Part shown: one piece after another, positions 42,715-55,443 of the stretch
Layout of the letters: each line of letters starts with the position of its first letter
How positions within the stretch are numbered: the first letter of the stretch is position 1
Assembly (NCBI GenBank): GCA_002269645.1
Contig: NIVC01000061.1
Coordinates: 434,001 to 498,000 of the forward strand
DNA length: 64,000 bases
Source: Macrostomum lignano
Lineage: Eukaryota
Reading direction: 5' to 3'
Made by a program: the position numbers and the translations under genes
The notes under the pieces: model-generated
What the model was told of the DNA's origin: nothing
The model's input: the letters and a program-made list of their open reading frames with translations, nothing else
Databases searched by the model: none

Positions 42715-43335
42715 GTAGGGAATGTAGGGAGTGTAGGGGATGTAGGGAGTGTAGGGGATGTAGGGAGTGTAGGGGATGTAGGGAGTGTAGGGGATGTAGG
42801 GAGTGTAGGGGATGTAGGGAGTGTAGGGGATGTAGGGAGTGTAGGGGATGTAGGGAGTGTAGGGGATGTAGGGGGTGTAGGGGATGTAGGGAGTGTAGGG
42901 GATGTAGGGAGTGAAGGGGATGTAGGGAGTGTAGGGGACGTAGAGAGTGTAGGGGATGTAGGGAGTGTAGGGGATGTAGGGGGTGTAGGGGATGTAGGGG
43001 GTGTAGGGGATGTAGGGGGTGTAGGGGATGTAGGGAGTGTAGGGGATGTAGGGAGTGAAGGGGATGTAGGGAGTGTAGGGGACGTAGAGAGTGTAGGGGA
43101 TGTAGGGGGTGTAGGGGATGTAGGGGGTGTAGGGGATGTAGGGGGTGTAGGGGATGTAGGGAGTGTAGGGGATGTAGGGAGTGTAGGGGATGTAGAGTGA
43201 AGGGGATGTAGGGAGTGTAGGGGATGTAGGGAGTGTAGGGGATGTAGGGAGTGTAGGGGATGTAGGGAGTGTAGGGAGTGTAGGGAGTGTAGGGGACGTA
43301 GGGAGTGTAGGGGATATAGGGAGTGTAGGGGATGA
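42715..43335. repeat. 9/18-bp G-rich repeat (GTAGGGGAT GTAGGGAGT)
   Basis: Direct reading. Confidence 0.96.
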
Positions 43336-43994
43336 AGGGGGTGCATGAAACGTAAGGCAATGCATTGTAGGAGAATGCACGGGGAATGTAAATGTCAGAA
43401 AAGTAAACAGTTGCATTACATAAACTATTTGAGCGCATTCTTGCTGTTATTCTATTCAAGCCCTTGTGAAAGCTTTCCATAGTTAGTAAGTGCATCCAGT
43501 TCCCACCCATGAACTCATACTAACCCCCCCCCCCAGAGAGAGACATTCGAGCGGCCAGACGAATCCCGAGTTTCACTGTGCGGTAGTCTGCATAATACAA
43601 TTCGATATGATGGATTTCATTAAGGATAATGGACTGCAGCTCTTAATCCAGCCCGGATTAACCTTTCTGTAGACAGCCATTGCGACGGAATTCGTCGGAG
43701 GCGACGCCCAGATAACTCTACTATTAGTAGAGAGTCAGTAGTGCTGTAGTTAATTATGAAGTGCTGGCAAACAAATATCCAGATGGCTTGAGCCAGGATT
43801 TTCGCCCCGCTATTTCGATACGCCGAGAAGCCTCGTAGGATTTGACGGCAAAACTAACTTCAACAAGAAGTGCACATCGAAAGATCCGAGCTGCTTCATT
43901 GATGGGCTTCTATGATTAAAAAGCAGCATATTGGATTAATAAGCTGATAAACGAACCAGCCACTTGATAGGTTTCCGTGTGCGCTTGCTCGGGC

Positions 43995-45795
43995 AGCACT
44001 GTCTCACCTGCCGCACAGTCTACTGTCTCACCTGCTGCACAGTCTACTGTCTCACCTGCCACACAGTCTACTGTCTCACCTGCCGGACAGTCTACTGTCT
44101 CACCAGCTGCACAGTCTACTGTCTCACCTGCTGCACAGTCTACTGTCTCACCTGCCGCACAGTCTACTGTCTCACCTGCCGGACAGTCTACTGTCTCACC
44201 TGCCACACAGTCTACTGTCTCACCTGCCGCACAGTCTACTGTCTCACCTGCCGCACAGTCTACTGTCTCACCTGCCGCACAGTCTACTGTCTCACCTGCC
44301 GGACAGTCTACTGTCTCACCTGCCGCACAGTCTACTGTCTCACATAGTGCACAGTCTACTGTTTCACCTGCCGCACAGTCTACTGTCTCACCTGCCGCAC
44401 AGTCTACTGTCTCACCTGCCGCACAGTCTACTGTCTCACCTGCCGGACAGTCTACTGTCTCACCTGCCGCACAGTCTACTGTCTCACCTGCCGCACAGTC
44501 TACTGTCTCACCTGCCACACAGTCTACTGTCTCACCTGCCGCACAGTCTACTGTCTCACCAGCTGCACAGTCTACTGTCTCACCTGCCGGACAGTCTACT
44601 GTCTCACCTGCCGGACAGTCTACTGTCTCACCTGCTGCACAGTCTACTGTCTCACCTGCCGGACAGTCTACTGTCTCACCTGCCGGACAGTCTATTGTCT
44701 CACCTGCCACACAGTCTACTGTCTCACCTGCCGCACAGTCTACTGTCTCACCTGCCGCACAGTCTACTGTCTCACCTGCCGCACAGTCTACTGTCTCACC
44801 TGCCGGACAGTCTACTGTCTCACCTGCCGCACAGTCTACTGTCTCACATAGTGCACAGTCTACTGTTTCACCTGCCGCACAGTCTACTGTCTCACCTGCC
44901 GCACAGTCTACTGTCTCACCTGCCGCACAGTCTACTGTCTCACCTGCCGGACAGTCTACTGTCTCACCTGCCGCACAGTCTACTGTCTCACCTGCCGCAC
45001 AGTCTACTGTCTCACCTGCCACACAGTCTACTGTCTCACCTGCCGCACAGTCTACTGTCTCACCAGCTGCACAGTCTACTGTCTCACCTGCCGCACAGTC
45101 TACTGTCTCACCTGCCGGACAGTCTACTGTCTCACCTGCTGCACAGTCTACTGTCTCACCTGCCGGACAGTCTACTGTCTCACCTGCCGGACAGTCTACT
45201 GTCTCACCTGCCGGACAGTCTACTGTCTCACCTGCCGCACAGTCTACTGTCTCACCTGCCGCACAGTCTACTGTCTCACCTGCCGCACAGTCTACTGTCT
45301 CACCTGCCGGACAGTCTACTGTCTCACCTGCCGCACAGTCTACTGTCTCACATAGTGCACAGTCTACTGTTTCACCTGCCGCACAGTCTACTGTCTCACC
45401 TGCCGCACAGTCTACTGTCTCACCTGCCGCACAGTCTACTGTCTCACCTGCCGGACAGTCTACTGTCTCACCTGCCGCACAGTCTACTGTCTCACCTGCC
45501 GCACAGTCTACTGTCTCACCTGCCACACAGTCTACTGTCTCACCTGCCGCACAGTCTACTGTCTCACCAGCTGCACAGTCTACTGTCTCACCTGCCGCAC
45601 AGTCTACTGTCTCACCTGCCGCACAGTCTACTGTCTCACCAGCTGCACAGTCTACTGTCTCACCTGCCGCACAGTCTACTGTCTCACCTGCCGCACAGTC
45701 TACTGTCTCACCTGCCACACAGTCTACTGTCTCACCTGCCGCACAGTCTACTGTCTCACCTGCCGCACAGTCTACTGTCTCACCAGCTGCACAAT
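43995..45795. repeat. 24-bp minisatellite (CAGTCTACTGTCTCACCTGCCGCA), ~75 units, 504-bp higher-order period
   Basis: The rare CATAGTGC variant recurs at 44343, 44847 and 45351. Confidence 0.97.
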
Positions 45796-46514
45796 GAACA
45801 TTCGTACACGAACCTAAAATTCAGTACATTCAGGGCAACTATAGGCCATGCACTTTTGCGCGAGATCAGGTGGGCAGAGGCGGCGGGGAAGGCTTAAAGA
45901 GAAAAGACAGCTACTACAGGCTACCGTCAGAAACAAAGCGCATATTGATAATAAAGGCCCTGAGCGGAAAGGCCGATAGACAATGCACAGCTGGAATGAT
46001 AAGACACTGCTGCAGTGCCCGAAGCCCCTCTGTGCGATACACAGACGCTACACAGAATGAGGCGACCGGGGCGGATGCAGAAGAGGGGGGGTTCGAAGGC
46101 AATGGAGGGGGAACAAACTGCCTGGTTAAAGGGGAAGGCGGAGCTGAAAGAGAGGCTCGAATGTGAAACGGGAGACGGGGTGGGGTAAGACTCTCCTGCG
46201 TTGTAATTAGCCGAGCTCGAAGGATAGAGGGTTAGGGGGGGGGGGTGGGTACTGCTCAGCTGCTCGACTGAGCGGGCTCGAGCTTCTTATGGGGTCGGGG
46301 AGGATGGTCTACCGAGGCTGGTTGAGATCAGACATTGAGAGTAAAATATAAGGTCAAGGTTTTTTCCTGGCCATGTAAATTGAGTGCAAACTGAATTTCT
46401 GGGATTTTTCTGCACTAAGTAATTCGATATTTTAACTTGTACCATTTCGGCGCTGTGTGAGAGACGAAGGGAGGAGGGGGCAGAGGAAAGAAGAGGCGAG
46501 TATAGGGAGAGGGG

Positions 46515-46735
46515 GAGAGACGAAGGGAGAGGGGAGAGAGACGAAGGGAGAGGGGAGAGAGACGAAGGGAGAGGGGAGAGAGACGAAGGGAGAGGGGAGA
46601 GAGACGAAGGGAGAGGGGAGAGAGACGAAGGGAGAGGGGAGAGAGACGAAGGGAGAGGGGAGAGAGACGAAGGGAGAGGGGTAGAGAGACGAAGGGAGAG
46701 GGGAGAGAGACGAAGGGAGAGGGGGAGAGACGAAA
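46515..46735. repeat. 21-bp purine-rich repeat (GAGAGACGAAGGGAGAGGGGA)
   Basis: Direct reading. Confidence 0.95.
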
Positions 46736-47195
46736 TGAGAAAGGGGGTGAGTGGGGGGAGATCAAGGGAGGGAAGAGATCAGGGCAGGGTGGGGTGGGGG
46801 CAGGTACGCCTGAAAAAAAACGGCCGATTCTCACATCAGCAGAGCAACTTTGCCTTTTCATTTGCCTCATTTTCTTCAAGCTTCAGTCCTGCGTGCGGTG
46901 ATTCAGCTCGGCAGGTATGGATACAGTTGTCCCCGAGACAAAGGAGCTCGAGGTGTCAAATTTGGAGAAAGGAACTCAGCGCGTGAGCCGGGCGCCTTGA
47001 AATTCCGACAAAGCTGAAAAAGGATTACAAATGGGATTTTGGGGCGGAATAGGATGAAGTGCAGCTTCACGAGTTGTTGATCTGGACAGAATCTGGGTCC
47101 TTTGGAAAGAAATTCTTTCCACAAATTATCATGATTCTGAGTTCATCTGTATTTTTTATCTCCCGACACAGGCTGTTTATCTCTCGAGCCTCAAA

Positions 47196-47480
47196 GACTC
47201 GAATAGATAGAATGGATTGCTAATCTAGCCTACAATTACTCGAATAGATAGAATGGATTGCTAATCTAGCCTACAATTACTCGAATAGATAGAATGGATT
47301 GCTAATCTAGCCCCTCAATGACTCGAATAGATAGAATGGATTGCTAATCTAGCCCCTCAATGACTCGAATAGATAGAATGGATTGCTAATCTAGCCCCTC
47401 AATGACTCGAATAGATAGAATGGATTGCTAATCTAGCCCCTCAATGACTCGAATAGATAGAATGGATTGCTAATCTAGAC
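47196..47480. repeat. 41-42-bp minisatellite (TCGAATAGATAGAATGGATTGCTAATCTAGCCCCTCAATGAC)
   Basis: Direct reading, about 7 units. Confidence 0.95.
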
Positions 47481-48034
47481 CCAATGACCCCAATAAACTT
47501 CTTGAAGACGTGCCTTCACTCAAAAAATGTTCAGGTAAATCACTCACCTAATTAACATTTTAGTGTCTATGGAGGCAAAACAAAACGCGGAGAAACAGGA
47601 GGGCTGTTAATAAGCTTTCAGGCCCTCCCCTAATTGCTATCATCAGTTTTCCAGTTATTAATTCAAATTTTACCTGCACGCCTTGACAGGTAGGGGGTTT
47701 CGTCCCTGAGTGTTCAGGACTGTTTCGAGTCTTCTTTCTTTCTCAGGCAGCAGAGGCCCATTGGGAATGGCCAAGCTCAATGGATCAAGGAACTCAATAC
47801 CTGTAATTGCAGGTAGCCGGGGCCACTTGCAGGCCTCCCGAAACTTCAAAAGCTGCACTGCAATAGCATGCTTGTGGAGGGGGAAAGTCCGCAGGATCAC
47901 CTGCTGGACGTCCGTTGCTATGGATATCGGAATTGAAGACATGCTGATCACCTCCATAGTGCTAGATCTTCCATAGAGTGGTACAAATGAAAAATTTCAA
48001 TTGAATTATCTGTAGTTACCGCATTTCGACTTTG

Positions 48035-48572
48035 CCACAGCCACCCCAACCCCATTATCCACAGCCACCCCAACCCCATTAGCCACAGCCACACCAGCCC
48101 CATTAGCCACAGCCACCCCAACCCCATTAGCCACAGCCACCCCAACCCCATTAGCCACAGCAACCCCAACCCCATTAGCCACAGCAACCCCAACCTCATT
48201 AGCCCACAGCAACCCCAACCCCATTAGCCACAGCAACCCCAACCCCATTAGCCACAGCCACCCCAACCCCATTAGCCTCAGCCACCCCAACCCCATTAGC
48301 CACAGAAACCCCAACCCCATTAGCCACAGCAACCCCAACCCCATTAGCCACAGCAACCCCAACCCCATTAGCCACAGCAACCCCAACCCCATTAGCCACA
48401 GCAACCCCAACCCCATTATCCACAGCCACCCCAACCCCATTATCCACAGCCACCCCAAGCCCATTAGCCACAGCCATCCCAAGCCCATTAGCCCACAGCC
48501 ACCCCAAGCCCATTAGCCACAGCCATCCCAAACCCATTAGTCACAGCCACCCCAATCCCATTAGCCACAGCC
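48035..48572. repeat. 24-bp minisatellite (CCACCCCAACCCCATTAGCCACAG)
   Basis: Direct reading. Confidence 0.95.
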
Positions 48573-49154
48573 ATTTTTCCCGCATCTAATAACAATACCG
48601 AAGGTCGATTTACATGTTAATAACAGCTAACAATGGCTTACTGAAACACTGACCCTTTGTCAGAAGTCTAAACGTCGTGGTCTATATTTCAGTGGCAATT
48701 AATTGACTTTTTCGAGAGCAATGCAGGACAGTGAGACTTGAAGCAACAATGCATTCGTTTTTATAAAGCTTAGCTTTGCCTACCAATTTGGGGATAAAAA
48801 ACAAGACTGAAAAATAGGTTAATAACTATCACGAGAAAAACTTACTAGCAGCTAATAACAGGTAGTCACTTTTGCTGCCACGGCTGGTCAAGCTAGCTTA
48901 AAATGAATGCATCAACAAAGCACATTTAATCGACTAGACAGGATTTCAAACATGTACATCTAGCTTACAAAAAGTTAAAACATGGTGAGGGGTATAAAAT
49001 TTACTTTAAATTCTTGTTTTCGAATATTGCACAATAATTTTACTGAAAAACTTGCTTCCAGCCCTCACTTCGGCTCCTATTTGTCACCTCTGTCCTCTCT
49101 GTTCAACATTTTCTCAATTCAGAATACGCCAGTACTTTACATAATTGTGAAAAA

Positions 49155-49593
49155 CTAGACAACCCCACCTCACGTCCAGTCCCCCTGCCCCAAGATTCTA
49201 TCCAATTTAGAATGTACTAGACAACCCCACCTCCCGCTCAGTCCCTCTGCCCCAAGATTCTATCCAATTTAGAATGTACATAGCCTAATTGTGTAAAGCT
49301 AGGCAACCCCACCTCACGTCCAGTCCCCCTGCCCCAAGATTCTATCCAATTTAGAATGTACCAGACAACCCCACCTCCCGCTCAGTCCCTCTGCCCCAAG
49401 ATTCTATCCAATTTAGAATGTACATAGCCTAATTGTACGAAGCTAGACAACCCCACCTCACGCCCAGTCCCTCTGCCCCAAGATTCTATCCAATTTAGAA
49501 TGTACATAGCCAATTTAGAATGTACAAAGCTAGACAACCCCACCTCACGCCCAGTCCCTCTGCCCCAAGATTCTATCCAATTTAGAATGTACA
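49155..49593. repeat. 60-80-bp tandem repeat (GACAACCCCACCTCAC...CCAAGATTCTATCCAATTTAGAATGTAC)
   Basis: Direct reading. Confidence 0.9.
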
Positions 49594-50533
49594 TTGTCGG
49601 GCTGAACTAAGCAAGTCAGTCCGTCTCGTCTATTACCTTTCTTTCTGAACCTAACACGACGGTTTGACTTTTTGAGTCAGCTGCCGGTTGCACGTTGCAA
49701 GTCGTAAAAGTGCAAATTTACATTCACATACTTAAACCAAAGCTGATTGTTGGTAAAACAGAAGACGAGACAAAACTTCCCAAAAGTGCTTTACACATCA
49801 ACCGCCAAATAGGGAAACTAAAATTTTGTACAGGGTGTAAAAAGCTTAGCTTGGTATTGTCAGATAACAGAAAGTTAATTAAAAGATTTGAGAAAAAGAA
49901 ACCGAAAAAGCAAGAGGTAAACACAATTGCGTTCCTGTAGCTAAAACTTACAAAAGCAGCACACATAGTGGACAATAAATTTGATGTGAATCGCGCGTTA
50001 TTCGTTACTGAGAGGGCCAACAGATTTTATGAATACCCTTGTGATTGTGGGAAGGTCAGGTGGCAGGAGACGGGAAGATTCAAGACAATGGGTACCAGGG
50101 GTTTCCGGGACTGCCCTGCAGATCACTTCCTCATTCCTTCACTCTCGTCTTGCTCTTGTACCTGAGTATCTGCAGCCCCCTCCCTCGAATCCCGGATCGT
50201 GATTCGACACAATAGATGAAGGTTGAAAAACAGTGGGGGAATGTTAGAAGACGGGTTATGCACTTTTAGGCGCTTTTGTTAAGGATTTGGTCGAATTGGT
50301 TTAGTCAAATTGGCAACTACTAGATAAACTCATATCCAGGCCCTTATAAACGAATTCAATTTAAATTGCAACCCAAAGTGCAAAATGGTTTGAACAATCT
50401 GACACGAAATACAAAATTTCGAACACGCACATTTACGAGCGAAGAAACATTGACTTTTGAAGAAATATTAAAACTGATAGTCATTTTGCACTCTAGATTG
50501 TCACTCTCTGTCAACTCTGTTGTCACTCTGTCT

Positions 50534-50539
50534 TTTATT
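50534..50539 (-). terminator. Candidate polyadenylation signal AATAAA of the HDAC gene
   Basis: First minus-strand AATAAA I found downstream of the HDAC stop codon, about 480 nt away. Confidence 0.4.
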
Positions 50540-50639
50540 CTAATTTCCAATTGATTTGTCACTCGATTTGTGACTCCCTCGGTCACTTTCCGTCACGATT
50601 ATGCCAATCTATATTTCCCTATGCCTATGCTTTATTTGC

Positions 50640-51008
50640 GACTCCTGTCACTATCAGTCACTATATTTGTCACTATCAGTCACTCTATTTGTCACTATCA
50701 GGCACTCTATTTGTCACTCTATTTGTCACTCTATTTGTCACTCTATTTGTCACTCTATTTGTCACTCCATTTGTCACTCTATTTGTCACTCTATTTGTCA
50801 CTCTATTTGTCACTATCAGTCACTCTATTTGTCACTCTATTTGTCACTATCATTCACTCTATTTGTCACTCTATTTGTCACTATCATTCACTCTATTTGT
50901 CACTATCAGGCACTCTATTTGTCACTCTATTTGTCACTATCAGTCACTCTATTTGTCACTCTATCTGTCACTATCAGTCACTCTATTTGTCACTCTATTT
51001 GTCACTCT
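50640..51008. repeat. 12-bp repeat (GTCACTCTATTT) immediately 3' of the HDAC stop codon
   Basis: Direct reading. Confidence 0.93.
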
Positions 51009-51017
51009 CTTCCCAGC

Positions 51018-54000
51018 TCACGCAAAGCTGAGGCTGCCCAGCAGCCTGGTGGCCTCCTCAACGCTCATCTGCACGGAGTCGGGCAGCAGCAGGTGCAGAA
51101 AGGGGCCCCAGTAGGGCCGGTGCACTTCGGCCACCCGGCAGATGGTGGCCACGGAGCTGGCGTTCGGCCGGCGGCGCAGCTCGGCCTCGGCCAGGCTGGG
51201 CGGCGGCTCGCCCAGCAGCACCCGCAGGCAGGCCTCCACGCACAGCGGCAGCGTCTGCAGGTCGTAGCCGCCCTCCAACGCCAGCAGCAGCTTCGGGGTG
51301 GTCGCAGCCAGTTGGGCGGTCAGCAGGGCGAAGCACTCAGGGCTGACCAGGTAGCCGCCCAGGTGATTCGGGTGCCCCCTGGCCGCGTCGAAGCCGGCGG
51401 AGACGAGCAGCAGGCTCGGCGAGAACTCGTTGAGCATGGGCAGCACGAGGGTGCGGAAGGCGGCCAGGTACTCGGCGTCGCCCATCGGCTCGCCCTGCCA
51501 GGCGATGTTGACGTTGCGGCCGCGGCCGTCGGCCTGGCCAACCTCCTCGATGCCGCCACTGCCGGGGAAGAAGCGGCCGTCGTCGAACCGGTGCAGCGAT
51601 ATGTACAGCACGGCCGGGTCCGAGTAGAAGGCCGACTGGAAAAGAAGGTCACGATGAACTTTTCTTGGTACGGATGCAGGTGAGGCAACGACCCTAAGAA
51701 AATAAGGTCATGATGAACTTTAGTAATGTATGAACAATAGGCAGGGAGATTGAGGACACCTCATTCATCCAATCCAAATCCATCCGGAATTTTCGGTGAA
51801 AACAAAATATCGATAGATACCTGACAATGAGAAAGTCGACAGGCCGCTGTGCTCATTGTGTGCGTGTGTGACTGTGTGCTCAGGCCGCTGTGCTCATTGT
51901 GTGCTAGCGTGACTGTGTGCTCAGGCCGCTGTGCTCATTGTGTGCGTGTGTGACTGTGTGCTCAGGCCGCTGTGCTCATTGTGTGCGTGTGTGACTGTGT
52001 GCTCAGGCCGCTGTGCTCATTGTGTGCTTGTGTGACTGTGTGCTTAGGCCGCTGTGCTCATTGTGTGCGTGTGTGACTGTGTGCTCAGGCCGCTGTGCTC
52101 ATTGTGTGCGTGTGTGACTGTGTGCTCAGGCCGCTGTGCTCATTGTGTGCGTGTGTGACTGTGTGCTCAGGCCGCTGTGCTCATTGTGTGCGTGTGTGAC
52201 TGTGTGCTCAGGCCGCTGTGCTCATTGTGTGCTTGTGTGCGTGATTTTCAACCGAGGCGTCTCACCTGCGTGCCGTTGCCATGGTGAACGTCCCAGTCGA
52301 CGATGGCCACCTTGGCGGCCTGGCCGGAGCGCACGAGGCTCTTGGCGGCGATGGCCACGGAGTTGAAGTAGCAGTATCCCAGCGGGTGGTCCCAGCCAGC
52401 GTGGTGGCCGGGCGGCCGCACCAGCGCCAGGCCGTTGCGGCAGTCTCCGAGAGCGATGCGCTGGCAGAGCTCCAGCAGGGCGCCGACGGCCAGCCGGCAG
52501 GCGTTCGGCGTCCCCGTCTCCGTCCAGACGGTGTCCTCGTCAACGCCGAGGCCGCCGCAGGGCAGGCTGACTGCGTGGAAGCCGGCGAGCAGCGCGGGGT
52601 CGAGGTGCGAGCGTTGCGCCGGCTGCGTGGCGTGCAGGGCGCAGTAGGCGTCGGAGTGGTTCAGCTGCAGTTCCTCCAGGGTGGCGCGCCGGGGCCGCAC
52701 GAGGACGCAGCGGCTGACCAGGCCGGCTTCGTCAAGATGGCGCCACACCACCTGGAGAAAGAGAAGAGCGTTGGAGTTGACTTTCTGTAAATTTTTTTGG
52801 TCAATATTAAGTATTTTTACCCACAACTGAACAAATAAAAATTAAAACGAAAGTCTAGAAGTGAAAATTAACTGTAACTCTAGAATATTCAGTCTTTGAA
52901 CAACAGAAAAAAACAAAAAACAACACCGTTAAAAATTATAACAAAAACAACAGGATAAAAAATTAAGACCTCATAAAGTATCCTATAATCGATAATCTTC
53001 ACAAAGAACAGCAGTCGTCATTAAAACAAATCAAAACAAAAACAGCAGCATCATTAAAACAAATCATAACAAAAACAGCAGCATCATTAAAACAAATCAT
53101 ATCAAAAAGCAACAGCATCATTAAAACAAATCATAACAAAATACAATGAAAACGGACACGGCAACAAACAAGAGAAGCAAATAAATATAGAAACAAGATC
53201 AATGCTTGAGAAAATGCCCATCGATTGCGAGAAGAAAGTATTCGGTACAAATGCAACCGCCCTGAAAAGCCATCCGCGCTGCACTCTTTCTTGCGCCCAT
53301 CTAAATAATTCGAGCCCATATCTATCAATCAATCCTCCCTTTGTGTTGCTGCGGCTATCTATAAACCCCCGTCTTTGTGCCCGGCACTCCGCCTTCTCAA
53401 ATTCATCCTTTGTGGCGTTGATGTCCACCTTACTATTTTGCCTGAGGCTGCAGTGAGTAGGCATGGATTTACTCTACTATTTGTCACACACTGATTGCCT
53501 CTAATCCACATGATAAAACATAGCACTTTATTATTAAGGAGAAAGTGACAAAGGGGCGCCACTCTTAAGTGTTTAGGGGCGCCAATCTTGGGAGTTAAGG
53601 CGCGCCAGTCTTGAGTGTTTAGCGGCACCAGTCTTGAGTGTTTAGCGGCACCAGTCTTGAGTGTTTAGCGGCACCAGTCTTGAGTGTTTAGCGGCAGCAG
53701 TCTTGAGTGTTTAGCGGCACCAGTCTTGAGTGTTTAGCGGCACCACTCTTAAGTGTTTAGGGGCGCCAATCTTGGGAGTTTAGAGGCGTCACTCTTGGAT
53801 GTTTAAGGGCGTCACTCTTGGATGTTTAAGGGCGTCACTCTTGGATGTTTAAGGGCGTCACTCTTGGATGTTTAAGGGCGTCACTCTTGGATGTTTAAGG
53901 GCGTCACTCTTGGGTAAAAATTGGGTATCAGGAGGTCGAACAAAGCGGCAATCAAGAGGTCCACTCAATTCACAGTTACTTCCTTCTAGGCTTGCCCTAA

Positions 54001-54905
54001 ATCTTTGATCTGCCGCTCTTACGGCAGATCAGCTGCGAGCCCGCCGCATCTTTGAGTTGAAGCGGCCAGCTTGGCAATCTGATCCTTTCGCCCGCCCCTG
54101 TTTGCGCCTCGGTCCTATTCGGTTGCGTCTAAAAACAGAAGAAATTTTCTTCAGAAGGCTTTCTTCACCCGGAGGAGAAGCCGGAGAGCTTTCTTCACTG
54201 AAAAGCCTCTCTGCTTGCTGCTCGCGCTGCTGCGACTCGGCTATTTTTAGACTTGAAAGGCCGAACAGACACAAGCTGAGACTGTTTTGCCGGGTCTTAA
54301 CTAGCGCCCAATTAAGCGAATTAATTTATTCTGTCAACAGGTGCGTCCACAGCTGAGCCCATCCAACCCCCCTACCTCCAGCCGCTCCGGGCACTCAGGG
54401 TGCAGCGCGCGCGCCCCGCCGCAGCGACAGCGGTGCTCCAGCATGCCAGCGTCGAAGGCGACGGCGGTGGCAGTCGGCGGCCCCACGGACTCCTCGGCGA
54501 TGGGCGACGGCAGGTTGATGACCGGCGTGCTGCTCGTCCGCTCGATGCTCTCCGACGGCTGCTCCGACGAGGACGAGGAGGAGGCGGCGGCGGCGGCGGC
54601 TGCCATTGCGGCGGCGGTGGCGGCTGCGGCGGCGGCAGCGCTGGAGGCCGATGGAAACTGCAGCAGCGCAGGGTGGCGCCAAGGCAGCGCCAGGCCGGGC
54701 AGCGGCGCCGAGTTCGTCCGGCTGAGCGGCCGCGGCAGGCGGTGGTGGCGCAGGTGCAGCGGTGGCAGCGGCGGCGGTGGCGGCGGTGGCGGCAGCGGAG
54801 GGAGCGGCAGGGACAGCAACGGCAGTTGCGACTCATCGGGCATCGGCATCATCCACTGGTCGGCTCCGTGTTTGTGATGAAGCTGCTGCTGCTGCTGCCA
54901 GAGAA

Positions 54906-54936
<31 letters not shown>

Positions 54937-55443
54937 CTGCACCTGCTGCTGGTGGTGGTGAAGCAGCAGCTGCTGGCGCAGGTTCGGCATGGAGGCGTGG
55001 CACCACAGCAGCGGCGGCAGGCGGCTTGAAGCTCCGACTCCTCCGCTCCCCGACGGCTGGTGGCGCCGCTTTGCTGCACTGGCACCACCGCCGCCGCCGC
55101 TGCCGCCTCCGCCGAACGGGAGGCTGGATGTGTGAATTGGCCGCGGCTTCATCAAGCCGGCCCGCACTTTCAGGTTTGGCTCGGAGCGCGCCTTCCGCAG
55201 CAGGTCGCGGTAGCTGAGGCCGCCGCCGCTGCCGCCTTCGCCGCCTCCGCTGCCTGCGCTTCCGGCGCCGCCTTCGTTGCCGCTGCCGCCGCTGCCGCCC
55301 CCGCCGCCGTCAGAGGTCTCCGACGACGAGGATGGATGCTGCTGGCGACTGCGCCGGGTCAGCAGGAAGTCCTGCAGGCGGGCGCGCACCTCCGTGTGAT
55401 TGATGCCGCCGTTGGCTTCCTCGGGTGGCACCGTCGAGTCCAT
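51018..55443 (-). CDS. HDAC4: Class IIa histone deacetylase (HDAC4/5/7/9-like), 3 exons, 723 aa
   Basis: Exons 54376-55443, 52266-52751, 51018-51635 (phase 0, GT-AG). MEF2-binding [12 protein letters not shown]; 14-3-3 sites RKARSEP and RTNSAP; structural Zn site HRCRC..H..LPCGG; [30 protein letters not shown]. Confidence 0.95.
51840..52235. repeat. ~40-bp minisatellite (AGGCCGCTGTGCTCATTGTGTGCGTGTGTGACTGTGTGCTC) in HDAC intron 2
   Basis: Direct reading. Confidence 0.95.
52995..53140. repeat. ~33-bp A-rich repeat (CAGCAGCATCATTAAAACAAATCATAACAAAAA)
   Basis: Direct reading. Confidence 0.85.
53565..53912. repeat. 23-bp minisatellite (CTTGAGTGTTTAGCGGCACCAGT and variants) in HDAC intron 1
   Basis: Direct reading. 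Confidence 0.92.

Noticed and set aside
42715-43335. Telomeric repeat
   Set aside because: The units are GTAGGGGAT/GTAGGGAGT, not TTAGGG or TTAGG arrays.
43916-45897. 600-, 606- and 516-aa ORFs (AGETVDC / QSTVSPAA / LPHSLLSH repeats)
   Set aside because: The 24-bp unit lacks stops in several frames. A mucin-like reading is possible, but nothing (signal peptide, flanking exons) supports it.
43662-47800. LRR-like snippets (LIVELSGRRLRRIP; ITGIEFL)
   Set aside because: Single partial matches without the Asn/Leu periodicity or repeated units.
49695-50165. Two same-frame + strand ORFs separated by one stop
   Set aside because: No recognisable domain, AT-rich codon usage, and the only bridging GT-AG interval is 24 nt.
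54029-54275. Alternative terminal exon making a deacetylase-less HDAC (MITR-like) isoform
   Set aside because: The 81-aa ORF is out of phase with the exon-1 donor. The phase-0 reading stops after 26 codons, and nothing else supports it.
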